From Somniosus microcephalus (lineage: Eukaryota), in contig CM126211.1 in NCBI GenBank assembly GCA_052327205.1, positions 25,792,001 to 25,856,000 of the forward strand: DNA of 64,000 bases. Direction: 5' to 3'. Below, one piece after another: positions 25,892-38,997 of the stretch. The translations under genes were made by a program, and so were the position numbers. Each line of letters opens with the position of its first letter. Position 1 is the first letter of the stretch. Below the pieces are notes generated by a model. That model worked only from the letters and a program-made list of their open reading frames with translations. It ran no database searches and was not told the DNA's origin.

Positions 25892-26864
25892 CTGTAGCAG
25901 GCAAAATTATGTAAGACTATGTTTGGCTCCTTCACTCCCTCAATTGATACCTTCCAATGATATTATATTTGGCATGAAAGTCTGAGGAACATGAATCTGG
26001 GGTACACAGCCTATTATATTTTTCATGCCACCACATTTATCCAGCAAGTTAAAAACACGTAGTGGATGAATCAAGACCTGCAATCTGCTCTTAATTGTTG
26101 TTGAACTGCTTTTAAAGCATTTAGGAGACGATTCTTTATGACTAGGATATATGGGCAATCATTTCTAAAATCTAAGAGATTACGTTGTAGTAATTTAATA
26201 ATATAATTCCCATAAATCTGGAAGACTACCATTCCAAATATATACGCTCACAAGTAGTAACATTTTGGACCTCAATTACTATCTCTGAACTTTGTCTTGA
26301 AACCTTTCTACTGGATAAAAGCCAGCATGGATTCTACTCACTCTACTCTTTTGGGGTGAAAATAACAGGAGCAAACAACCAAGTGTCCCTGGCCTAAAGG
26401 ACCTTTCTTTATGAGCTCGTAAACAGAACTTACGCACATCTACCATCAAAAGTACTGTAAGAGTTCATTCTGCCGTGGGAAAATTCTCAAGCATTATGGG
26501 GATTTCAAAGAAAGACAGAGGCTAATCTTTCCCAAGTCTCCTGGGTAGCTATTTTCATTACAAGGATCTGCTTTGTTTGCCAAGTTTCAGATGTGATTCC
26601 CTCTTCTGACTATCCTGCTAATACCAGGGAAGCAGTGATTGTTGGGCAAAAGACAGCTTCTTTCAAGGTCCTTGTTATTCTTCTGCCTGGCTCTCTTTGA
26701 GGGCTCCCTACATGACTTAGAGTTCTCGATATTCTTGTGCTGAGAAGGAACTGGATTCACTGATGCATTTCAATCAATACCATCATATCTTTTAAAGTCA
26801 TTTTCCAGTGCTTTAAGTATTCATGACATTTCTTGCTGAATAGTGTGCAACAAACTATGTTCGT

Positions 26865-27555
26865 ATCAGCTTGGCTCAGCTGTGGCGCACTCATCCAAGC
26901 CAGAGGCTGTAGGTTCAAGCCCCACTCCAGGACTTGCACACATGATCTTAACTGACACTTTGATGGCGGTACTAAAGGAGTGCTGCATTGTAGGAGGGCG
27001 TGTCATTCAAGTCAAACACTAAAACAAGACTCTGCCTGCCTTATCGGGTGGATGCAAGATATTCCATGGCACCTTTTTTGAAGAGGAGGAGGAGCATGGC
27101 ATCCTCTGGTGCCCCAGTCAACATTCATCCCTCAACCAACACCACTAGAACAGATTAACTGATTGTTCATCTCAGTTCTGCTTGTGAGACCTTGTTATAC
27201 AAAACTTGGCTGCTTTGCTTGCCTACAAACAAGTGACAGCACTTCAAAACTAATTACAGTAAACTCTTTCGTATCCGGCACCTACGGGACCAGGATGGTG
27301 CCAGTTGATGAAAAATTCCAGGTAACAGAGAGGCAGGCAATTTTTAACAAAAAAAAATTAAAACAATGGACTAACTCGGCCACCGCGGGAAACTCGGACT
27401 CGGGAAAAACAAAAAATGGATGGATTCGGCAAGATTACCGGTTATCTATTTTGCCAGTTATTAAAGAATTCCGGATGATTAAGTGTCGTTTAAACAAGAG
27501 TTGGCTGTGAAGTGCTTTGGGATGTCCCAATGTGACAGGTGCTAGTTAAATAAAA
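26865..27555 (+). mobile_element. Deu-domain SINE (SacSINE1-like) carrying a nested MITE
   Basis: A/B boxes (ttggctcagctgtgg, ggttcaagcccc), Deu-like core (gggtggatgcaagatattccatggcac...gaagag), tail gctttgggatgtcc. Confidence 0.75.
27257..27507. mobile_element. Tc1/mariner-type MITE nested in the SINE
   Basis: ta|cagtaaactc...tatccggcac start; right end ...aacaagagttggctg degenerate. Confidence 0.55.
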
Positions 27556-27599
27556 ATACTTTTGCTTTTTAGGCATCTCTTGAGACTGTATGCTGGCAG

Positions 27600-29880
27600 A
27601 AATGCAAGCACTTACTTTTCTTGTCATTTACTAGTGGGGCCTATACTAAGACTGACATGTTTTGAATTGTATTATCTAAAGTCAATGAAGCAAACTGCAA
27701 ATTTTTGACCAATGCTGCACCCCAGACCTTGGTTGACAAACAATACAAAAATAACCATGCTTGAACACAGGAAATTGATGACTGATCCAAAGCCTTTCCA
27801 AACTTTTGATGAAAACTGTAGTAAGAGAATTTAACCACAGGAGAGCCAAATTAAAATACGCAGCATATCTATTTTGCAGGGTGCCAACAACTGAATCAGA
27901 AGAAATGTATACTTCAATCTGTGCTCCAAAATGGTTGACAGGGATTTGACGAGTGATCTCCAATCTGTAGAACTCAGCTTCTTTTTTTACTCCCAAAGCT
28001 GTCACCTCTATGCCCAAGTCTAATCTGCTGTCACCAAAATTCCGAGAGTCAGTTTTGTATCTACTTGGAGAAAATGTTTCACCACAGAGGTTTCAAGAAC
28101 CTTCTGTCAGATATTACATTAATGGTTGACAATTATTTCCAGGGCACATGGGTAAAGCACTGTCCACACTCTCAACCACTCAGAGAGGAACACCATTCTG
28201 AAATTAAAATCAACCTGCTGGAAAGGACAATGCCCAGAGATGCTAGAAAACAGACACCTATAAAACAGAAGGCCATGTTGCAGCCTCAACAGAGATTGCC
28301 ACAAATTATTGAGAAATGCATCACTCAAACATGGCGAAAACCTAGTCGCTGAAATGTGGTCCCTGCCGAGTCTTGAGAGGAGCATAAATGAGGATAGACA
28401 CAAATGGACAGCTACCACATAAAGGCATTCCCTGTTCATAACTTGGAGGCAAAAAATTAGATTAAAAATTGGCTGTCTCAGAGATTGTACACATTGTGTA
28501 TTTTAGAATTTCCTAAGCCGCTGGTAAATTGCAAAAATTGAAGCAAATATCCTTGAGGTTATATTCTGACAAGCACAATCTTCAGTCAAACTTCCTGAAG
28601 AATTTGAAGCAGAGGTTATTTGTACTTTAAGAGAAGAGCACCGAGTAGGTGGAAGTACAGGATTGGACAGAGTACCTCAGGACTACTTTTGGACAAGACC
28701 AAGAATAAAATCTCCTTTCTTGGCATGTTTGAAACTCCTTTACAGCACCAAAGGAAAGCCAGCTGGTCAACAACCTTGGTTCAGCTTACAAAATGACTCC
28801 AGTGTAGGGCTTCCTGAGCAATGTAAATGGACGGATTACTTGGAGAATCCCTGCTAGATGTACATGTAACTGTAACCTTGATTCCCTAGCCCAAGCACTG
28901 GCTGCGATATACCTCCACAGATCCTTAAAAAAAGACTGGGTCCTTTGTGAGTTCAAGGAATAGCTTCACTGCTGGGTGGCTATAGGAGATGCACTTGTAA
29001 AGTATTTGTTCACAAATCTTTATGGTTAAATCCTGACTTATAAGTGCCTGAGCTCTTCGTAGAGTGCCTTGTGGCCACAAAAGAACAGATGGTTTAGACA
29101 GTTATCAATGGGCATTATCCATTCTCCCTCCACCCATTGTCATTTTGGAGGAAACTTCAAGAGATGCGACTGGTGGCAATTATACAGATATACAGAATCT
29201 GCTACTTGAACTTGTTCTCTGGTGTGCAAAGTACTTATCCTAGACAAGTGCTTTGCCATGCTTCTGCTGATTCAGGAGTTTGACTGAAAAGTAATCACAG
29301 AGAAACATGAAGCAGTTCAGGAGGTGGTGTACAGAGACCATGTACTTTGGCTGTGAGAGGATCTATTAGGCTGGTCTTTACTACAAACCCCTTGTGCTTA
29401 CTGGTACACAAGGAAGGAGGTTGGTGCAAAAGAGGCCCCTCCTCCTCCACTCCCAAAAAAGAACTCAAACAGGCATTTTGAGGGATTTGAAAATGTTCAA
29501 CACCTGGGGAAGATGCCTTGAGACACCTTTGGACCAAATATACATTAGAATTAGAATGTCTGATCCAGAATGGGTTTGGCAAATAATGGATGTCCAACTG
29601 CTGGATGAAGAAAAACTCTGTAAATATAGAGTGTTTTCTGGCTCCATCAGGGCATTAGCAGCTCTTGAATCTCAAACCATACCACACTGGACGAAGTGTG
29701 AAACAAAGGCCTACTGTTTCTTTACAAAGAGGAAAGTAGAAAATAAGTATTCCATGTATTGTTAACCAGGCAACTCTAGGATTCCCTTGCATAGCTCACA
29801 GCGGCCAGTTTTAGAGCAGTACTTGGTCAGGAAGTAAGTCAATTAGGTCCTTGTTTGACCAGGAATGGTGCCAAGATAGT
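27600..29880 (+). mobile_element. Heavily decayed BEL/Pao-like LTR retrotransposon pol relic (RNase H then integrase); may extend left to about 26200
   Basis: Ordered frameshifted motifs: YAAYLFCRV (~27860), TWVKHCP (~28150), DYFW...ACLK...KGKPAGQQ (~28680-28770), SNVNG/DYL (~28820), QW...PPP/HFGGNFKR (~29105-29165), FRRW (~29320). Confidence 0.45.
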
Positions 29881-30487
29881 CAAGAACTAGGAAGGGGGGG
29901 GGGGGGGAAAAAAAAATTATGAGGGAACTTAATTTTAAACAGGGCAAAAAGGCAGCGTGCGGAGGTGAAAAAAGATATTAAATAATTTGACAGATATTTT
30001 ACACATGATTGAGGTCATCAAATCTTGTTGAATACACAACAAGCTTGTTGAATCATGTTGTGCTTAAAATGTTTTCCATAAATAGGAGACAAAGATAGAA
30101 CCTCTGCATTACAGTCCATTCATTTTGCAAGTCAATTAACAGAAAACATTTTAGACAAAAGTAATTAGATTCCTAAAATGTACCACTATGACCAAGTGAA
30201 AATTTGGAATGGATAAGGAATTTCTATCGAGACACAAAATGAATTACACGGCAAGTTACTTAAATTTCAAGCTGAGTTTTGAACATTGTGCTGTACTCGA
30301 CCAATGTTACAAAGTCGCTGGGTGAATGAAGTTCAACAGATTCCATTGAATTAGCAAGGAAACAAACTTTATTTTGGAAGGAGGATGGCAAATGTTACCT
30401 TGTTACAGTTGTTAAAAGTAATATTTCTTCCTAGCTTTACTTGAATGCAGAAAAACAAATATATACTCCATAATATCCCCCACTTAC

Positions 30488-30532
30488 CAGGCTCTGTGAA
30501 GGACCCTAAATCAAGGTCTGCAGTTACTTCAT
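30488..30532 (-). CDS. MYCBP2: Candidate 45-nt MYCBP2 cassette exon (DEVTADLDLGSFTEP)
   Basis: tttttcttttttaaag|ATG...CCTG|gtaagt; phase 1-1, open in the MYCBP2 frame; peptide not recognised. Confidence 0.55.
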
Positions 30533-32272
30533 CTTTAAAAAAGAAAAATTGAGATATATTTAGCAAAAACCTCGTTAATTCAACGTTATTGTCAAGTTAC
30601 TAGTCTTTTAGTTGCTTTAACACAAAATGGAAGCAATGGGGTGAATGAGCAATGATCGAACATAGCACATGTGACTCAAGCACCAGTATGTAAAGAAGAC
30701 ACCACTGAATTATCCTCAACATTTGCTTTGAAAATTGCTATGGCATATTTTGAGACACACCCTGAAGGAATGCTCCTTTATGCCAGTAAATATGGAGCTA
30801 GGAAGGCCCTCACTCCAGTTAATTTATTATTTCAAGAGAAGGGAGAGCGAGATTTCATTTTCAACAGCAATGAACTTAAGTATTTATCTTTTTAGTGGAA
30901 CTGGACACAAGAGCTTAGGTTTCCTGATTGGCATAACATATTTTAACACCGGTGGTAATTTCAGGTAAGCGATAAGACACTTAGGATAAAAACAAGTTTA
31001 CTAGCTATTAAAGTTAAAAAAGAAAATCTGAACCCAGCGAAAATTTAGGCGCCGACGAATAAGTGACAACAGGAATCCACTTTGATGCCAACCATAACAC
31101 ACTTCAAATACAAATGATTGTGTATGTTAAATATGGTTGATATTGCGTAGGCGCTACTGTACTTAAAGTATACTAGTAACATCTGTAAGTAGTCAGTCAT
31201 TAATTATATCAAAGTCTGTCGGAAGCCTTTCCTGCTTTCCAAACCCCTCACCCCGCAAAAAACGTGGAATGGAGAACGCTCTAATCAGAGCATTTTGAGC
31301 CCAATTAACGAAACACCTCCTTGAGAATGATTTCTGAAACATACATGCATTTGTAAAGTAATCTTGAACTATTTTAAAATAATGGAGTTGATCCTTCTCA
31401 ACACTCCAAAGCTCTTACGTCCTCTATGATACTGAAAGAATCTTTTGGCTTTTTGTTGGCTGCAATGTTGCAAAGCACCATGTGTAAACGTTTCACCAAT
31501 TAACTGCTCTGACTTCACATGGTGCCTCAAGGTCTGCAAGTAAGTCAAAGGGCAGCACAGTATGCTGCTTTATCATTGAGTGGTAGGGTACATGAGGAAC
31601 TACAAACATACATGCAGCAAGATCTGCAGCCAGATGAGCCAAACAGAGGCGTTCTCCAATAAGAAGAAACGGAAAAATATTAAACACTTTTGTACACTTA
31701 AGATGCCTGGTTGCAGTAACAGAAAAACACCTGTATACCAAACTGTCCACAAAGGGCTCGATTTTAATAGCCCTGAGGTGGGTGGGCGGGCGGGCAGTGA
31801 AAAATCGGAAAAAATGGCTTCAGATTGCCACGCCACCTCCATCCCGCCCCCATGCTATTTTCGTGAGTGTCGGGTCAGCCGCTTCCAAACTGACCTGACT
31901 GGAACCAGTAGGACAGATAATTAAGGCAGTTAATAGCCTGTTAACTGCCTTGCTAATCCTATTTTGATAGTGGTTTCCCATTTTCGTGCTTCTGGCTCCT
32001 GTTTCCCGTCTTGTCAGAAACAGGCCAGCTGGAAGGAGACGAGTTGCCGGAGGACACGATTTGCAGTCATTGGTGCAGCACTTCAAAAGCGCTCCTGTAA
32101 CATGGCTGACATTCAAATGCAACAACTTTGGGATAAGATTTTGCAAATCTACTGACCTTATGACTGTTCAAGCTGACAGCCATCTGCAGTGTGACCTGAT
32201 TGGAATAATTTCAGGCCACTTCGACTGTGCGCTTGCAAGCTTTTTGCCTCAAATGAAATCTATAGCAACGGG

Positions 32273-33472
32273 ATGGGAACCATTTATAGCCTCTCATCCT
32301 GGTCGTCAGATTCGGAGGAAGAGCAGCCGCAGCAGCACCACAACCAGCCACGACAGTAGCACCAGCACCAGGAGCGCCAACCTCCTCCTCACCCGCCTGA
32401 TGATGCACAGGGCGGAGGGTCTCAGCGCAGGGCTGCACCTCGTCGCAGGAGATACCCCCCAACACGGTTTACAGGCAGAGGATCAGCTTCCTCAACATGA
32501 CGGAGCATCAGTGCCAAAGGAGGCTGAGACTTTTGAGCGACGTAGTCGCCGACATCTGCGCAATGCTGCACCAAAACCTGGAGCCCAGAGGAGCGTGTGG
32601 ACATTCCTTGCCAGTTGCTGTCAATGTCACCACCGCACTCAACTTCTTTGCTTCGGGCTCCTTCCAGGGATCAGCTGCAGACATCAGCGGCATCTCCCAG
32701 TCGGCTGCTCACACCTGCCTCACGCAGGTCACTGATGCCCTCTTTGCAAAGGCGCACAATTACATCCACCTCTCCACGGATGGCCCAAGTGTGACGGTGC
32801 GTGCGGTTGGCTTTGCCAATATGGCAGGTTTGCCAATGGTGCAGAGCATCATAGACTGCACACATGTAGCCATTAGGGCCCCTATCACAACCCAGCTGTA
32901 TTTGTCAACGGCAAGGGATTCCACTCCCTGAACGTCCAGCTGGTGTGTAACCACAGGAAGATCATCATGCATGTTTGCACAAAGTACCCTGGCAGTTGCC
33001 ATGACTCCTTCATCCTGCGCCAGTCTACTGTGCCTCAGCTATTCCATCCGCCAAACCAACTTTCCAGATGGCTTCTTGGTGACTAGGGCTATCCCCTGAA
33101 AAAGCAGCTTATGACACCGATGAGGAGGCCATCAAACGATGCTGAGGAGCGGTACAATGTGAGTCACATATCCACCAGAAGCATCATTAAGAAAACCATC
33201 AGCTTGCTCAAAATGCACTTCCGATGCCTAGACAGATCTGGAGGAGCCTTGCAGTATGCACCAGCCAGGGTGTCCAGAATCATCGTGGTCTGCTGTGCGC
33301 TGCACAACATCGCACAGCAGCGCAGCTTAACAAGTGGCTCAGCACAGCCTCCGCGGAGGAAGAGCAAGAGGAGCAAGGCCTTGCGGGGCCGGATGTGGCC
33401 AATCCAGCAGCAGGCGATCACATTGCTGGCCGTCAGGCAAGGGATGCACTCATCCATGCCAGATTCGCGTAA
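32273..33472 (+). pseudogene. Harbinger (HARBI1-like) DDE transposase pseudogene
   Basis: [67 protein letters not shown]; two stops and frameshifts; third catalytic E reads K. Confidence 0.9.
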
Positions 33473-33659
33473 GCTTACACTTCAACCACAGGTGGCTGGC
33501 ATATGGAGATGAATACAAGTCTGACACTCTCAAAACCCCAGGCATCATCTGTCCAATAAACGGTGGTTTGCGCTCAGTGTCACCACCAACATTCTACATG
33601 GAACTCGCCCTGAGCCTTCACTCTTGAACTTCCATTTCCCAGAACACAGAGGCCACACT

Positions 33660-33914
33660 TTAGGTGATCTCAGCAGATCATTAAACCTTTTGACACTGAA
33701 CCCATGTGCGTCTGCACACAGACCTCGAGCTCACCTCCTCAGCAATTTGCAGCCAAGCTGCTTTGGTTTGCTGAGGAGGCCTCCTCTTTCCGTTTCCAGG
33801 GACGAGGACCTCCTGACATCCTCCAACTCCCTCCACAAGAGCATGGAGCGAGCCCTCATTGAACCTGGGTGCAGCCTTAGTTTTTGGGGCTACCACTCCT
33901 GCAGCAGCCAGCAC
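33660..33914 (-). pseudogene. Myb/SANT-like DNA-binding partner of Harbinger, truncated
   Basis: APRFNEGSLHALVEGV...AAWLQIAEEVSSRSVCRRTWVQCQK then frameshift to RFNDLLRS. Confidence 0.85.
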
Positions 33915-34594
33915 CTTTAAGAGAAAAAGACCTAATGCTTTTGGAAAGGGGATATGGCCCCTGTAAATTTTTACTCAAACAACGCATCATCAGAGGCGAG
34001 AATCTGACATGCTCCAAGCAATTGCCTGGAGGTACCTGCACATCAGCTGTAACGAGGCCAATCAAGGTAAAATCGTCACTGCTAGGCGGCGGCATCCGGG
34101 AGCGGGTCCGAAAGCTGCCGAGCAGCGGGCTCGCCCTTAATCCATTAATAAAATTGCGGCCAAAGATTTTGTTGTGACGGAGGAATTATTATTTTTTTTT
34201 TTAATGGATCTCTTAAATGACAGTCAGCTGGTGGCACAGTAGAAAGGTGAAGAGAAGCAAACTTAAAAAAAACATTTCAACATGCTTGTCTATTTAACCC
34301 ATGCGGAGTTCATTTTTCTTACATCTTTTAGATTCACACAATGGTACATCTTTCCTTCCTTCCTTTCAGAGTTACAAAGAAAGGGTTTATATCGGCGAGC
34401 ATATTTATAAAAGCTATTGCAGAGATTTTCGTATATTTGTCAGACAAATGCCTACTGTATTTAATAATTCCAAAAAGGGGCAGTACCAGAGATTAAATTC
34501 CAAATTTGATTTCTGAACATCCAAATGCTTCCAATTAATTAGCATAGAAACAATTAAAACAGACTTGGGTAAAATAAACCAAGCTGAAGGTGCT

Positions 34595-35010
34595 TTTTTT
34601 TTCTTTATTCATTCACAGGATGTGGGCATCGCTGGCAAGGCCAACATTTATTGCCCTTCTGTAATTGCCCTTAACTGAGTGGCTTGCTAGGTCATTTCAG
34701 CGGGCTGGTAAGAGTCAACCACATTGCTGTGGAATAACAACAGAAAATGCTGGAAAAACTCAGCAGGCCAGGCAACATCTGTGGAGTGAAAATAGTGTCA
34801 ACGTTTCAAGTCAAACTCTGGGTCTGGAGTCACATATAGGCTAGATCCGGTAAGGGTCACCATTACTGATACTAGCTTTTTATTCCAGATTTATTAACTG
34901 AATTTAAATTCCCCAGCCGCCATAGTGGGATTTGAACTTGTGTCGCCAGATCATTAGTCCAGGCCTCCGGATTACTAGTCCAGTAACATGAGCACTATGC
35001 TACCGTTCCT
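34595..35010 (-). mobile_element. Composite of a CR1 family B 3'-end fragment with SINE-like and Penelope-like pieces
   Basis: ttattcattcacaggatgtgggcatcgctggcaaggccaacatttattgccc matches the 17465 terminus. Confidence 0.55.
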
Positions 35011-35101
35011 TCAACTAGTGAGTAACAAAAACAAGACCGTGCAAAATTCATACAGTTATGTGGATTACCTCCAATGAAATACACACATGATTTTCACACA
35101 C

Positions 35102-35227
35102 CTTTGGTATTTGCAAGGCTATAGTCAAATCCTTGAGAGTTGTTGCCACTAGCACTCCTGTTGAAGGTGGGAGCCGTGAAAGGACTGGGAGGAGGTGTCT
35201 GAGGTGCTTGATCCAGCAGTGCTTGTT
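35102..35227 (-). CDS. MYCBP2: MYCBP2 exon (EQALLDQAPQTPPPSPFTAPTFNRSASGNNSQGFDYSLANTK)
   Basis: gtgacag|AA...AAAG|gtgtgt; 126 nt, phase 1-1. Confidence 0.93.
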
Positions 35228-37058
35228 CTGTCACAAAGAAAACTATTTTAAGAGCTTTTGCAAAAAATTGTAAATTAAGCTAGAGAAACTCAGCTCAGAT
35301 TTAAAAATGCATTTATATTTGGGGTCAAAATTCATTAAGTGTAATCACGCTCTTACAACACAGGTTTGCTACTGCATTTATTTTCCCAAAAAAATTTATG
35401 CAAATGTTTGGGGTTACACAAAGATTAACAGCATGAGCCTTCCAGTCTCTGCATTAGACTTAATCCAGAATACCTTTTGGCTGGAGGGGTGGTGGGGGAA
35501 GAGAAAGGGGAAAACACTAGCCATGACTGAACAAAGGAGTTTGTGATTTGGGGTCCTTGGCCTTTTGACAGAGGTCTCATTTTAGGACTAGCTTAAATGG
35601 TACACTGGGTGAGTTTGTATTGGGAAAGAGTTCTGAAGTTGAGGCCAAAAGACAATTTTATAACTTCGGTTTGCACTCCTGGTAACATATTTACTCAGTG
35701 AGACACGCCTGAAGACAGCAGGCCCTGACTTGATCCTACAAAATCTCCATCCAAGGTAAAACACATAGGTAGGGACTATCTTCTTCTGGACGGAGTTACG
35801 GCAGGGCAGGACTTCTGCCCTCCCTTCCAATCCCACCCAGCCCCAATCCATTTACTTGCTGAGTGACTGAATGTGCATGGTATGCTCCTGGTGGGATGCC
35901 CACTGCCAAGGGGGTGGAGACTGTCATTGGTCCTCAGGGAAATACTGGCAGCGCTGCTGCAGCACCTGAGGAGATCAGGCCACAATTAAAGGGGCAGAAG
36001 CATCTGAAACACTGATGGAGTTACAGTCCTGTAGTTGTCAGCCGAGATCGAGGTCTGCATAGTTAAGTATTTGAGGCCAGACTGGAGAGAGGAGGCTGCT
36101 ACAAGGCCCGCTCCCTCCATTTGGAGGGGGGAGGGTGGGAACCTCGGGGCCTTGACTCCTGCGTCCCAGAGCCTATCACCTTGAGGTGGTGGTAGACCAT
36201 CACCCAAATTTTCCCTCATTCTCTATTGTGATCCCACTCAATTTTGCGGAGAACCACCCCTGCCCCAACATGATCCTTACCACAGTGTACCTGATCTGAT
36301 CTATATCAAGGACAGATTCTCTCTCTGATATTTGCATATGCTCACTGAACATATCCAGCATTGAATGTAAAATTGATGCCGATAACATTGTGAGCCAGAA
36401 GGAGGAGAATTTAGGCAATCGTTTTCCCAATACTTTATGGCTGGTTTTCCCAGTCAGGAAAGGGAAGATTTACCCATCATTTTGGGCATGGTCAGAGGAT
36501 CACCACATGAGATTCAATTTAACAGTTCTTGGAAAACAAACTATAACTGACCTGTTTTGTTTCAAGTTTACTTGAAATTTCTAGCCAACATTATGTGTTG
36601 CAAAATTGTCATCCATGGAAAAACACTGGTCATTACATGGTTACAGGGAAGATTTTCATACAGGGGGGGGCACACAGATTTTGAAGCCAATACTTGGCGT
36701 AAAATTCAGGAGGTTAGAACCTGATAGTTCTATTGAAAATGGAATGCACAGGGCTTACCATCATGAGAAATAAAAAAAGCCCTGTGATAGGAGGACGACA
36801 TATGGACGAAAACCCATGAAAATGGGACACCCAAGGCTCTATGGTATAAAGTGCAAACTAAAGATTCATGTGATGGAAAATGATTTCAATGGGATAGCCA
36901 TTTCAAGTGGCACCTCGTAGGATTCAACTTATACCTTTATATGCAGGATCACAATGAAGAATCAGGTTATAGCTTTCAACTTTCAACACCTTTTGAAAAT
37001 ACTATTGCAGACAGAAGTATTCTGCACGAAGAGATCAATTGAATTGTGAGCAACCTAC

Positions 37059-37191
37059 CCTCTTCATGTCTTAGGTACTGGTTACCACCTCGGTCTCTGG
37101 CCAAGGACCAGGCCTCGCCATCACCGCTTTCACAGAATTCCACCATACTGTTCTTATCAAGCTGGATCCACGTGCCCTCATGGTTTGTCAC
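37059..37191 (-). CDS. MYCBP2: MYCBP2 exon (VTNHEGTWIQLDKNSMVEFCESGDGEAWSLARDRGGNQYLRHEE)
   Basis: aatag|GTG...GAGG|gtaggt; 133 nt. Confidence 0.95.
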
Positions 37192-37477
37192 CTATTATAC
37201 AAATGACACTTTTGTCCTGCTCAATATTTAACAATAGAATTGGGGTCTCTGTAGAGCCGAGATTGTTGAAATAGTTTACATCTCAGAATTTAAATGTCTT
37301 AGCTGTTCCAGCTTGCAATTACTTGGAAAGACCCTCTACCTACAAATTATTGCAATATGTGATGTAAATAAAAACACTGAATACTTATGAAACAAATTTG
37401 GATTGTGATAGCTTCTTGAATTTCTGAAATTTTAAACCATTGACTGTTAAAAAGACTACTCTGGATTTAGACACAAT

Positions 37478-38230
37478 GGGCCAGAATTTGCTGGAGCAGG
37501 GCATCTCACGCGTGCCCGGTTAGTTGAGACTTTTTCCTGCAACCTTCAGCTCAAAATGCTTTTGCCCTGCAAGTTGCTGGAAGTGTGAGCTGATAACTGG
37601 GCAGTGAGGGCAATAGGACATCTGGGACCATGGTGAACGACGGAACCAAGTGCGTACCTCCTTAACCAATTAGATTAAAGGATTCAAAAATAAACAGAGG
37701 AAGGATGGAGAAAGAGGGTGAATCCAATGTCAAATTAGGTACAGAAAGAGAAATAAAGAGAGGGAACAAAAGATTGGATTAAGAGATAGAAAAAGAGACA
37801 GAAAGGAAAAGAAAAAAAAAAAGATTAAAAAAATGTCAAATTTAAAATTAACAATTGAACACCTGAAGGACTGAGACTCCACACTTTTAAATGATCACTT
37901 TCTGGGCCAGAGGTTGAGTGGCAGTCATTAACAATTATCATGTCGTTAAAAGGGCACTTGCACTTATTAATTACTAGACAACTTTCTGTGGGGAGTTTAA
38001 TGGGCAATTAATGTGCAAATGCAGCAACTTCATGAAATCCACGGGGAGGTTAAGCGCGAGATGATGTTTTCGCGAAGCTAACTATGGAGCGGCGCAAATC
38101 ACCCAGCAACTTGTGTCAATTCACAATTTAAGGGGTATCTCTTCCTCGTCACAAATTGCTGGCCAATTTGCACATTAATAACCGTGTGCGTCGTTTGCAT
38201 GCCGTTATTGTTTTCAGCAAATTCCAGCCC
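37478..38230 (+). mobile_element. PIF/Harbinger-type MITE, family H2
   Basis: TIRs gggccagaatttgctg / cagcaaattccagccc; flanks aat / aac. Confidence 0.78.
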
Positions 38231-38997
38231 AACAGATTTTAAAAAGTGTGGTCTGTTAGAATTGTTTTTCAATGTACAGCACCATTCTTAAATGCTCTTT
38301 AAGATACCATAGTTAGAAATAATAAGGATCTACGTTAGCAAAGATTGGATCAGAGTAACTACAGTTTTTGAAATGTGTGAATTTTTTCACAGTTTCACTT
38401 AACACTTACTGCAACTACTAAATTTAGAATAAGTTTGACACTGGAGTTACACACACAAAAATGCCAGATTCTGCCAAGTAATTTCAGTAAAATCTGGCTT
38501 ATAACACAATTATTTAGATGTCTATTTTTGGCTTTCAAATTATAAAAGGAGCAACCAGAATATATAGAGGGTTTACAGCAATTTATATAATACACAGGAA
38601 TATAAGTTTTATTTTTATTGATCTGCCATTTAAAGATAGAGTGATCAACATGTGATATTTATAATCAGTAAAGAATATTAGTTTCTGAAGTTTAGAATGC
38701 ACAAAAGAAAATTAAATCAAAGCAATAGGTCATAGTGAATCATAGGAAAAATTCTGTAGCTCAAAAGCAGAGTATGCACCTGAAGATCACCAACTTTGGT
38801 AAGCATGGTATAAAAGCTTCCACTATTTGTCACAGCACCCAAATGCATCAATTCCCATTTTCATAATGAAGAAATTATACCAATACCAGATGTCCTCTTA
38901 TAATATTATGCAAAAGCTTGAGAAGACATCAGTTTTGCAGTATTTGCTCTAAAGTGTTGATTGGTACCTGCAAGAACACACTTTCATGAATCCATAC

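Larger units (their letters stand above)
31754..34161. mobile_element. PIF/Harbinger DNA transposon with two decayed convergent genes
   Basis: Imperfect TIRs gggctcgatttta / taaaattgcggcc, AAA on both flanks; HARBI1-like transposase and Myb/SANT-like ORF inside. Confidence 0.88.

Noticed and set aside
27841-27895. ESQIKIRSISILQGANN resembles the mononegavirus L motif QGDNQ (endogenous virus)
   Set aside because: Catalytic D absent, stop follows at once, no flanking L motifs; the BEL/Pao reading explains more of the region
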